31,609 bases of DNA, taken from IMG/VR virus record IMGVR_UViG_3300040960_000460. The stretch is one strand, 5' to 3'. This stretch comes from a virus. A program made the position numbers and the translations under genes. Numbering within the stretch: position 1 is the first letter of the stretch; each line of letters opens with the position of its first letter. A model generated the notes under the pieces. It did no database searches, was not told the DNA's origin, and was given only the letters and a program-made list of their open reading frames with translations. This document shows, one piece after another, positions 15,773-22,248 of this stretch.

Positions 15773-17222
15773 TGAAAGCCACCTTTGCTGTTGTAGGACG
15801 ATCGAAGCCCTGCGCCCTAGTCAGCGCCTGCCTGCCTTCCCCTTCACCTTGTAACGCGTATTCAAGAGCTTCCACTGGGTGGCTGTATTCGTTCTTGTCT
15901 GGTTCATCAGTGTAGCGATCACCCGAAACCTGAATACGCCGATAGCAGAACCCACCTTGTAAGCCCTTGCGGATCATCCTAGCCTTGGGCAGTACATGAA
16001 ACCTCGGCTTGCCATCCATGCAGTTTTCTTTCATCGGTATTTCAAGTGCAGCACGTCTCATCGCTGGGTCGTTGGTAGCAGTAGGCGAGCATGGGATACC
16101 AGCGGCACGGATGATCTTAAACGGCGTATCGGCGTTAGCCTGGTTCTTGTTGTCGCCCGATGGATCGCCCCAGCCTTTGAACTTGTGGTTGGGGTAATTA
16201 GCATCAATGTACCTTTTAAGCTGTGGTGCAAAGTCTACCGCACCGCTATCCGTCAAACAGAACTCATCGAAGCACACCCACCTACCCATACTTGTACGCT
16301 GTAAGAAAGCACATGCAGGTGTACGACCGAAGTCGAAGCCGAGGATAACAGGGATATCAAGTGAAGGCGTGAAGTCTATTGGTTGACAGTGTACAGAGTC
16401 CACATACATTGGGTGAACGGGTTTACCGCTAGATACAAAGCCGTATTCATTGGCTAGATTAACTTTTATCCAGTCATCGGTCTTACCTTGCAGACCTCGG
16501 TGGTAGTAAGCGGTTGGTAGGTTATCGAGATTCTCAGCGTCAGGATTGACACGCCATTGATCACCATCCTTAAAGACACCCCCTGGTTGACGATGGAAAG
16601 CCCAGCCTTCGGGTCTCTCTTCCTCGGCCAGCTTATAGTACCAATGGTCTTCATCGGGAGCGTTCGAGTCACCAACAATCCCATAGTGTGTAGGTCTGGC
16701 GCCTTCTTTCGGACTGGGGTATCGGCCAGCACGTAGGTCTAGCATATCCACAACGGCTTTGCTGTGCTCCTTGGCTTCGTTAAGCCACACCCATGTTGTC
16801 TGTATGCCCCTGGCTTTCTTCACGTGATCAGGCCGATCAAACGCGATAAAGATCACTTCACACCTTACACTCGTGCCATCATCCAGCCCGAACGATAACC
16901 TATGCGTAGGTGGTTCCTTGTTACCCTGCTTAAACTCGCCAAGGTCGCCAAGTATTTCGATCCAGTCTTTAATCGTTGTGCTGAATAGCTCGCTGTATGT
17001 ATTCCTTGCCGCGATGATTCGACTTAAGCGTACACCGTGATTAGGATGTTGCTCGCTCTTTACTGGCGCCTGCTCACACATCAAGTCAAACAGCTTAAGG
17101 ATAGTCTGGACTGTCTTGCCTGAACCCAATGGCCCCATGATGAAGCTGTTACGCTCTCGGCAGTCAGCGAATTCCTGCAGCACTTGCCCTTGTGGCTTTA
17201 GGTGGTACTCAATCGTTGCCAT
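15762..17222 (-). CDS. terL: Terminase large subunit
   Basis: Walker A motif is FIMGPLGSGKT near the N-terminus. Length (486 aa) and position upstream of the portal fit. The C-terminal nuclease-like region has acidic motifs (ILGFDFGRTP..., GDPSGD). Confidence 0.9.
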   Translation of the reverse strand: MATIEYHLKPQGQVLQEFADCRERNSFIMGPLGSGKTVQTILKLFDLMCEQAPVKSEQHPNHGVRLSRIIAARNTYSELFSTTIKDWIEILGDLGEFKQGNKEPPTHRLSFGLDDGTSVRCEVIFIAFDRPDHVKKARGIQTTWVWLNEAKEHSKAVVDMLDLRAGRYPSPKEGARPTHYGIVGDSNAPDEDHWYYKLAEEERPEGWAFHRQPGGVFKDGDQWRVNPDAENLDNLPTAYYHRGLQGKTDDWIKVNLANEYGFVSSGKPVHPMYVDSVHCQPIDFTPSLDIPVILGFDFGRTPACAFLQRTSMGRWVCFDEFCLTDSGAVDFAPQLKRYIDANYPNHKFKGWGDPSGDNKNQANADTPFKIIRAAGIPCSPTATNDPAMRRAALEIPMKENCMDGKPRFHVLPKARMIRKGLQGGFCYRRIQVSGDRYTDEPDKNEYSHPVEALEYALQGEGEGRQALTRAQGFDRPTTAKVAFSVF

Positions 17223-17499
17223 CGAATCGCTTCTTGATTACCGATACGATCAGATCAGCACCGCCTTCACCTGTCATTTCAGTTGCTTTCAACTCAGGTA
17301 GGTATTTGTTAATCAGCTTTAGCCTAGCATCAGTGGCATACTTAATGGCGTTTAGCTCATTGCTTTCCATTGATGCCCCCTCCCTTTCCATTTTAATAAT
17401 GTTATCAATGACATGCTCAAGTCGGCATTTCTCTGATAAGTAGGTTCGGAGTTGTTCCTGGCGCATTGCCCTTTGCTTGGCTGGATTGTTGGCAGCCAT
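17209..17499 (-). CDS. Putative terminase small subunit (96 aa)
   Basis: Small helical protein immediately upstream of TerL, overlapping it by 14 nt. ...ATDARLKLINKYLPELKATEMTGEGG resembles C-terminal motifs of small terminases. Confidence 0.5.
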   Translation of the reverse strand: MAANNPAKQRAMRQEQLRTYLSEKCRLEHVIDNIIKMEREGASMESNELNAIKYATDARLKLINKYLPELKATEMTGEGGADLIVSVIKKRFDGND

Positions 17500-17654
17500 T
17501 ACTTACTACCCCAGTTAATGCGGTCGTAGTTAGCCTTATACTTATCGCGTGACTCGGCTGTACTCTTACGGGGTTTAGAGCCTTTGCCGCCATCATATTC
17601 AGGGAAGTGTCTTTGTCGTGTGTCTTTGTCGAGTTTGTGCCGCATGTCAGACAT
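17499..17654 (-). CDS. Small basic protein (51 aa), first gene of the minus arm
   Basis: MSDMRHKLDKDTRQRHFPEYDGGKGSKPRKSTAESRDKYKANYDRINWGSK. The ATG at 17654 has the consensus SD AAGGAGGG 7 nt upstream, whereas the track start 17681 lacks one. TAATG coupling to the next gene. Confidence 0.55.
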   Translation of the reverse strand: MSDMRHKLDKDTRQRHFPEYDGGKGSKPRKSTAESRDKYKANYDRINWGSK

Positions 17655-17693
17655 GGTATGGCCCTCCTTTGTGTCTACCAATTCTATATCTTA

Positions 17694-17721
17694 GTTATAT
17701 AAACCACAAACCTTATGACAA
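17694..17721 (-). promoter_or_regulatory. Sigma70-like promoter for the minus (morphogenesis) arm
   Basis: On the minus strand: TTGTCA (plus 17716-17721), 16-nt spacer, TATAAC (plus 17694-17699). It lies about 40 nt upstream of the first SD. Confidence 0.5.
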
Positions 17722-17748
17722 ATTGATCTATTGAGATATAAAAAACAT

Positions 17749-17776
17749 TTGACACATTAAAAAGTATTCTTATAAT
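17749..17776 (+). promoter_or_regulatory. Consensus sigma70 early promoter
   Basis: TTGACA (17749-54), 16 nt, TATAAT (17771-76), preceded by an A-tract. It is followed by a GGCGC-GGGGA-GCGCC hairpin/palindrome (17787-17801), SD GAGGGAAG and ATG 17823. Confidence 0.8.
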
Positions 17777-17822
17777 TGGACTCATCGGCGCGGGGAGCGC
17801 CACTAACCGAGAGGGAAGCACA

Positions 17823-18119
17823 ATGGCATATTTTGAAGTTACATCAGATTTTGAGCTTAGACCAGAAATTATCAATGTTAGAAAAAATGACGTTTGGCTC
17901 TTACTAGATTTAGCGCGATGGATTCAGAATGGCAAGGCGCGAGAGGGTATAAAATACTTTGTGAAGAAAAAGGAAGTTACTGCGAGCGAGTACGCTGATG
18001 AGGTTATGCGCGTACACGCAGAGTACGACAGAAAGTTCAGAGAGACCCATAAACGCATATGGATTCAACAGGGAGCCATTGCTAGATCGGGATATTATAA
18101 GTGGATTAAGGTCGCCTAA
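17823..18119 (+). CDS. First early protein (98 aa), unknown function
   Basis: First ORF after the consensus promoter, with an SD. Basic protein with no recognised family. Confidence 0.6.
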   Translation: MAYFEVTSDFELRPEIINVRKNDVWLLLDLARWIQNGKAREGIKYFVKKKEVTASEYADEVMRVHAEYDRKFRETHKRIWIQQGAIARSGYYKWIKVA

Positions 18120-18139
18120 TGGCGGCCATGGAGGGAGTT

Positions 18140-18289
18140 ATGAAAAAGAAACCTATGGCAGAAACCTATGAGCAAATCAGAATCCGCAAGCGCAGGGAGT
18201 TTATCGAGAACGCGCTTTGGTCTATTGGCGCGGTGTTCTTTATGGTAGTCGGCGGCATCGGGCTGGCTGGCGCTTGGCTGGGGTTGTGA
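18140..18289 (+). CDS. Small membrane protein (49 aa, not in the ORF track)
   Basis: ATG 18140 is preceded by GGAGGGAG. Translation: MKKKPMAETYEQIRIRKRREFIENALWSIGAVFFMVVGGIGLAGAWLGL*, a basic N-terminus followed by one C-terminal TM segment. It stops 2 nt before the next ATG. Confidence 0.5.
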   Translation: MKKKPMAETYEQIRIRKRREFIENALWSIGAVFFMVVGGIGLAGAWLGL

Positions 18290-18291
18290 TC

Positions 18292-18447
18292 ATGGCGAGA
18301 AATTACAAGCTAACGCCCGACCAAGTTCGGGCAATTCGCATTAACCGCTACGGCAAGACCGATAAGCAGCAGGCTAAAGAGTATGGCGTGCACAAGAATA
18401 CGATCTACCGCGCCCGTCACGGCATGATCTATCAGAGTATATTCTGA
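18292..18447 (+). CDS. Small HTH DNA-binding protein (51 aa)
   Basis: MARNYKLTPDQVRAIRINRYGKTDKQQAKEYGVHKNTIYRARHGMIYQSIF contains an HTH (QQAKEYGVHKNTIYRA). I prefer ATG 18292 to the track's 18217 start, which overlaps the TM ORF. Its TGA overlaps the methyltransferase ATG (TGATG). Confidence 0.6.
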   Translation: MARNYKLTPDQVRAIRINRYGKTDKQQAKEYGVHKNTIYRARHGMIYQSIF

Positions 18448-19352
18448 TGAGATACGGATCAGTGTGCAGCGGTATCGAGGCCGCAACAGTAGCATGGCAC
18501 TCACTTGGTTGGGTGCCTTCTTTTTTTTCTGAGATAGAAAAGTTCCCACGCGAAGTTCTGGCTCATCACTACCCAGATGTACCCTTGCATGGAGACTTCA
18601 CAACAATATCGGAGAATCAGTATGGATCAATTGACCTTCTTGTCGGAGGAACCCCCTGTCAATCCTTCAGTATCGCAGGACTCAGAAAAGGACTGGACGA
18701 TGACCGTGGTAACTTATCCCTCGAATTCATTAAACTTGCTCAACGAGAACGCCCACGATGGGTGGTCTGGGAGAACGTGCCCGGCGTCTTGTCTAGTAAC
18801 GGAGGAAAAGACTTTGGCTCCTTCCTCGGAGCGCTGGGCGAAATCGGGTATGGGTTCGCCTACAGAATTCTTGACGCTCAATACTTCGGAGTGGCCCAAA
18901 GACGCAGACGTGTGTTTGTTGTCGGATACTTTGGAGACTGGCGACGTGCCGCAGCGGTTTTATTTGAGCGCGAAAGCCTGCGCGGGAATCCTGCGCCGAG
19001 CAGAGAAAAGGGGGAAAAACCTGCCCCCACAGTTACATCAGGCCCTCCATTCAGTCGCACAGGAAATGACCGAGTAGAGTGCGATGCTTACATACCAGAA
19101 GTCGCCAACACGCTACAGACAACAGCAAACGATTACAGCCGAGCAGACGGGTTTAATGCAATCGCTAGCCCTATGGCTGTTCGCAGACTAACTCCAACAG
19201 AATGTGAGCGCCTACAGGGTTTTCCAGATGGCTACACGAACATCAAAGACAAGTGCCCAGACGGGCCTAGATACAAAGCACTGGGTAACTCAATGGCTGT
19301 CCCAGTGATGCGCTGGATTGGAGAGAGAATACAAGAGGTAAATAAACTATGA
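18447..19352 (+). CDS. DNA (cytosine-5)-methyltransferase, orphan (301 aa)
   Basis: C5-MTase motifs appear in the correct order: I (SVCSGIEA), IV (GGTPCQSFS), VI (WENVPG), VIII (QRRRRVFVVG), IX (RRLTPTECERLQGFPDGYT) and X (GNSMAVPVMRWIG). There is no adjacent restriction endonuclease. Confidence 0.95.
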   Translation: MRYGSVCSGIEAATVAWHSLGWVPSFFSEIEKFPREVLAHHYPDVPLHGDFTTISENQYGSIDLLVGGTPCQSFSIAGLRKGLDDDRGNLSLEFIKLAQRERPRWVVWENVPGVLSSNGGKDFGSFLGALGEIGYGFAYRILDAQYFGVAQRRRRVFVVGYFGDWRRAAAVLFERESLRGNPAPSREKGEKPAPTVTSGPPFSRTGNDRVECDAYIPEVANTLQTTANDYSRADGFNAIASPMAVRRLTPTECERLQGFPDGYTNIKDKCPDGPRYKALGNSMAVPVMRWIGERIQEVNKL

Positions 19353-19630
19353 ACTTAACCAAATACCTGGCGAAGAAATACCCAGCCAAAAAAAGGGCAA
19401 AGCCAAAAAAGGCAGCGCCCTTTAAACCCAAACTAACCATTGAACAAATCGCAGAATGTTTTGAACTAGTACAAAAAGGCGTATACTATGAAAACCTAGC
19501 TTTGATATATGGTGTATCAGAGCAGACATTACGAAGGTACATGAGAGCCGCTGAGCTGTATGGCTATTCTTTTTGGGAGCATAGCGATGTACATAGTAGA
19601 GATGGTGCAGAAGAGCACAGGACAGAGTGA
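19349..19630 (+). CDS. HTH-containing small protein (93 aa)
   Basis: Lys-rich N-terminus, then ENLALIYGVSEQTLRRYMRAAE (HTH). ATGA overlap with the methyltransferase stop. Confidence 0.55.
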   Translation: MNLTKYLAKKYPAKKRAKPKKAAPFKPKLTIEQIAECFELVQKGVYYENLALIYGVSEQTLRRYMRAAELYGYSFWEHSDVHSRDGAEEHRTE

Positions 19631-19793
19631 GTATATCCTCGGTGTATATACCGATAACGAGCACGCGCAGTTTGCGTCATGGGTTGAAGAAGCAGTCGCG
19701 CCTGTTAGCCTGGTGCCTCGGGTCAGCTACTTTGAAGCCGACTACATAGACCCAGTGAAGCAGGATATGTTCGAGGATTACATCGAAGACTAA
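19587..19793 (+). CDS. Hypothetical acidic protein (68 aa from ATG 19587)
   Basis: GGGAG lies 7 nt upstream of ATG 19587. The track start 19560 is also possible. Confidence 0.45.
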   Translation: MYIVEMVQKSTGQSEYILGVYTDNEHAQFASWVEEAVAPVSLVPRVSYFEADYIDPVKQDMFEDYIED

Positions 19794-20025
19794 GCGCAGA
19801 TAAGTGTAATCGCGACACATAAAGTGGCGCATTAAAGTGTTTATAAAGTCCCAGTTTTTAGATATGAGGGTGTCTATGTGTACACAAAATCGCCAAAATT
19901 GGACACTACAGTAGACTTAATAAGCGAACAACAGCACAACACAATAAGCGAGTGGTTTATATATGCGCCAAAAGGTATGCCAACTGGTAACTATATAAGC
20001 CAATTTTAAAACTGGAGAGTGAGCG

Positions 20026-20190
20026 ATGAAAGAGTACAAGCACGCAATCGTTAAATTTAATGGCGGTGCTGGCGCATTACTCTGTAACCAGTGCCGCATC
20101 ATCCTGGCTTACGGTTTACGACACAAAGACGTAGAGCACTACTGCAAAGATTGCGAAACAAAATCTAACAAAAATAAAAAAAACATTTGA
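20026..20190 (+). CDS. Zinc-ribbon small protein (54 aa, not in the ORF track)
   Basis: SD CTGGAGAG, then ATG 20026. Translation: MKEYKHAIVKFNGGAGALLCNQCRIILAYGLRHKDVEHYCKDCETKSNKNKKNI*, with CxxC...CxxC. Confidence 0.5.
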   Translation: MKEYKHAIVKFNGGAGALLCNQCRIILAYGLRHKDVEHYCKDCETKSNKNKKNI

Positions 20191-20215
20191 CACTGTATAA
20201 GTAAATCATTAATCT
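20187..20215 (+). promoter_or_regulatory. Second early/middle sigma70-like promoter sharing a 15-nt box with the first
   Basis: AAAAACATTTGACAC (20179-20193) is identical to 17741-17755. TTGACA (20187-92), 17 nt, TAATCT (20210-15); the -10 element is weak. Confidence 0.45.
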
Positions 20216-20241
20216 TGAGTTGTGATCTGGAGGGACACACT

Positions 20242-20403
20242 ATGGACGAACTAACCCAAGTTGAATACTCAGAGTGGCTACGATGGTGCGGAGCCGTTGA
20301 TGCTGAGCTATACACTAACCCGCTCGACAATGACCCAGACTACTTGGCTGGCTTTGCTGAGCGATACGCTGAACTGGAATGCGAGGGACACAAAAATGCA
20401 TGA
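20242..20403 (+). CDS. Hypothetical acidic protein (53 aa)
   Basis: ATG 20242 is preceded by CTGGAGGGA. Sequence starts MDELTQVEYSEWLRWCGAVDAELYTNPLDNDPDYLAGFAERYAELECEGHKNA. Confidence 0.5.
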   Translation: MDELTQVEYSEWLRWCGAVDAELYTNPLDNDPDYLAGFAERYAELECEGHKNA

Positions 20404-20668
20404 AGACTGCCATTACTGCGGTAAAGAACTTTTAATCACTAACCACACTGCCTGCCCAGAGTGCGCAGAAATGCGCATTTTGGACTTGGCACGCGAGAAC
20501 AAAACGCTATTAGCCGAGATTGTGGTCGGTGAGTATGTGGCCAATATGGACGATTATTTAGATAAAATTTTATATGCCTGGGAATCTAACGATTCCGACT
20601 CGGCATACGATGCGATACTGGATGCGTTCAGTGGCGCAGTACTTAAAGCAATGGAGGGTAAGTTATGA
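20396..20668 (+). CDS. Zinc-ribbon protein (90 aa)
   Basis: MHEDCHYCGKELLITNHTACPECAEMR... (CxxC...CxxC). ATG 20396 overlaps the end of the previous gene. The track's longer 20261 start gives a junk-like N-terminus overlapping the previous gene. Confidence 0.5.
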   Translation: MHEDCHYCGKELLITNHTACPECAEMRILDLARENKTLLAEIVVGEYVANMDDYLDKILYAWESNDSDSAYDAILDAFSGAVLKAMEGKL

Positions 20669-21300
20669 AATCAAGTGATTCACTAGAGAAGTTATCGCTG
20701 GCGCTATGCGCAGCACAAGGAGCAATGGGGGGCGCTGTTAAGGGTAGCGCCAACCCTTTCTTTAAATCGTCTTACGCAGACCTTACAAGCGTGATTAAAG
20801 CGATCAAGCAACCATGCTTCGATAATGGTTTAAGTTACGTACAGTTGCCGCACCGTGATGGTAATTCAATCGGCGTAGTCACTCGCTTAATGCACACGTC
20901 AGGCCAGTGGCTAGAGCATGAGTTTACTTTACCCATGGTTAAGGGTGATCCACAAGCAGCGGGTAGCGCAATTAGCTATGCGCGTCGCTATGCCTTGCAA
21001 AGCCTATTTTCGATCCCGAGTGTGGATGACGATAGTGAGTCTGCAATGCTACGTAACGGCGAGCAATCAACGGTAAAGGATGAGTACGCGGAGCTGGTCG
21101 ATCAGTTGGCGGACAGCATCGAGGCAATCAAAACAGGTATCGAGATTGGCGATTTAGTCATGGCTAAGGAAGCCTGGGACGAACTCACGGAAGAAGAAAA
21201 AGTTGGGTTATGGAAAGCCCCAAGCAAAGGCGGTGTGTTTACTACGGAAGAACGCGCAACCATGAAATCAACCGAATTCCGTACAGCAACAGGAGCGTAA
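20665..21300 (+). CDS. erf: ERF-family single-strand annealing recombinase (211 aa)
   Basis: NPFFKSSYADLTSVIKAIKQPCFDNGLSYVQ...VTRLMHTSGQWLEHEF...GSAISYARRYALQSLFSIPSVDDDSE matches the ERF signature (N.fFkskYAdL...H.SGe...GsaitYaRRY.L..l.Gi..eDDD). SD GGAGGG; ATGA overlap. Confidence 0.85.
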   Translation: MKSSDSLEKLSLALCAAQGAMGGAVKGSANPFFKSSYADLTSVIKAIKQPCFDNGLSYVQLPHRDGNSIGVVTRLMHTSGQWLEHEFTLPMVKGDPQAAGSAISYARRYALQSLFSIPSVDDDSESAMLRNGEQSTVKDEYAELVDQLADSIEAIKTGIEIGDLVMAKEAWDELTEEEKVGLWKAPSKGGVFTTEERATMKSTEFRTATGA

Positions 21301-21303
21301 ATA

Positions 21304-21561
21304 ATGAGCAACTATTCAAATGAAAATCGCGGAGTACTATTCCGCAATGACAAGAAAGAGAAAGAGACACATCCAGACTTTACAGGGTCAATAGATGTTA
21401 ACGGTGTTGACCACTACCTATCCGCTTGGGTTAAAGAGAGTAAACAGGGTAAGAAGTTTTTCTCTCTATCAGTGAAGGCTAAAGACGCAGTAGCGCAGCC
21501 AGCTATCCAGCAGGCCAAACAAGTGGTACAGGAAGACTTTGAAGATGATATCCCTTTCTAG
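21304..21561 (+). CDS. Mini SSB-like protein with a canonical SSB C-terminal tip (85 aa)
   Basis: It ends in ...[10 protein letters not shown]; the E. coli SSB tip is DDDIPF. The N-terminal 60 aa ([50 protein letters not shown]) resembles DUF736-type small beta domains. It lies directly after erf. Confidence 0.6.
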   Translation: MSNYSNENRGVLFRNDKKEKETHPDFTGSIDVNGVDHYLSAWVKESKQGKKFFSLSVKAKDAVAQPAIQQAKQVVQEDFEDDIPF

Positions 21562-21745
21562 CATAGGGCAGGAAATTAGAGTCGCGCAGACCAAGGCTGG
21601 CATCAGTAATCGTGAGCTAGCCAAACGTCTGGGCGTTAGCCCCCAGACCGTGAGTAATTACCGAAAGGCTACGGATATTAAGTTATCAACCCTTCGGGAA
21701 ATTTGCACAGCTTTGGGACTTCAATTGAAATTTTCGATGGATTAA
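21545..21745 (+). CDS. XRE/Cro-type HTH regulator (66 aa)
   Basis: [52 protein letters not shown] is a textbook XRE HTH. The track start 21539 is TTG; ATG 21545 is preferred. Confidence 0.85.
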   Translation: MISLSSIGQEIRVAQTKAGISNRELAKRLGVSPQTVSNYRKATDIKLSTLREICTALGLQLKFSMD

Positions 21746-21751
21746 AAGAAA

Positions 21752-21769
21752 CCCCCCAGTTAAGGGGGG
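21752..21769 (+). terminator. CCCCCC-AGTTAA-GGGGGG hairpin after the XRE gene
   Basis: A perfect 6-bp G:C stem 7 nt after the stop codon. The downstream T-tract is poor (TGTCTATT), so it may be an attenuator or an RNA-stability element. Confidence 0.5.
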
Positions 21770-22059
21770 TGTCTATTGCACTGGAGGGGTGCGGGGGAGT
21801 ATCATTAGGTTGCGACCACAATGATGTAGTAAGTGTAAGTAAGACCCTACCTATCTACAACATTGAATCGCAGAGATTATCGGGCGTTAGGCCGAGGAAC
21901 CGAAGAACCTCGGAGCGGAGTTGACCCTCTCCATGATGCGCCTCCCAGTGCCGAGAGCAGGTAACGGGAATAGATGTCAAGATTCGATACGGTAATCATT
22001 GCTCGTCATTACTAATTAACTTATTGTTGTCCGATAGGACATCAAAAGGGTAAGTGTGG

Positions 22060-22233
22060 ATGGATATTTATGAAAAGATTGTTAATGGTATGAAAGACAA
22101 AGACACTGATTACGTCTCTATCTTAATTACTGATGACGGTGTTGATCTATTCACATCACTAGAATATGAAGATTTAAGTTACCTGTTAACCGAGATCATC
22201 ATGCAGCAGAAAGACAGCAGTACATTGCACTAA
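22060..22233 (+). CDS. Small acidic protein (57 aa, not in the ORF track)
   Basis: ATG 22060 (or GTG 22054) after AAAAGGG. Translation: MDIYEKIVNGMKDKDTDYVSILITDDGVDLFTSLEYEDLSYLLTEIIMQQKDSSTLH*. It ends 15 nt before the next gene's ATG. Confidence 0.45.
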   Translation: MDIYEKIVNGMKDKDTDYVSILITDDGVDLFTSLEYEDLSYLLTEIIMQQKDSSTLH

Positions 22234-22248
22234 ACTCTGGAGGGAGTT

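Noticed and set aside
16655-16690. GTTCGAGTC string resembling a tRNA T-loop; general search for tRNA, tmRNA or CRISPR repeats
   Set aside because: The flanks cannot form a T-stem or acceptor stem, and the string lies inside terL. I found no cloverleaf candidate and no array of regularly spaced repeats anywhere in the window.
21545-21745. XRE HTH gene as evidence of a lysogeny module or prophage
   Set aside because: There is no integrase, excisionase, CI-like repressor or att-like repeat. The contig closes on itself with phage genes only, so temperate status cannot be claimed.
21703-21924. 73-aa ORF spanning the XRE gene end and the structured gap
   Set aside because: It starts out of frame inside the XRE gene, runs through the GC hairpins (Gly/Arg/Ser-rich product) and has no SD. 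The region is better treated as noncoding.
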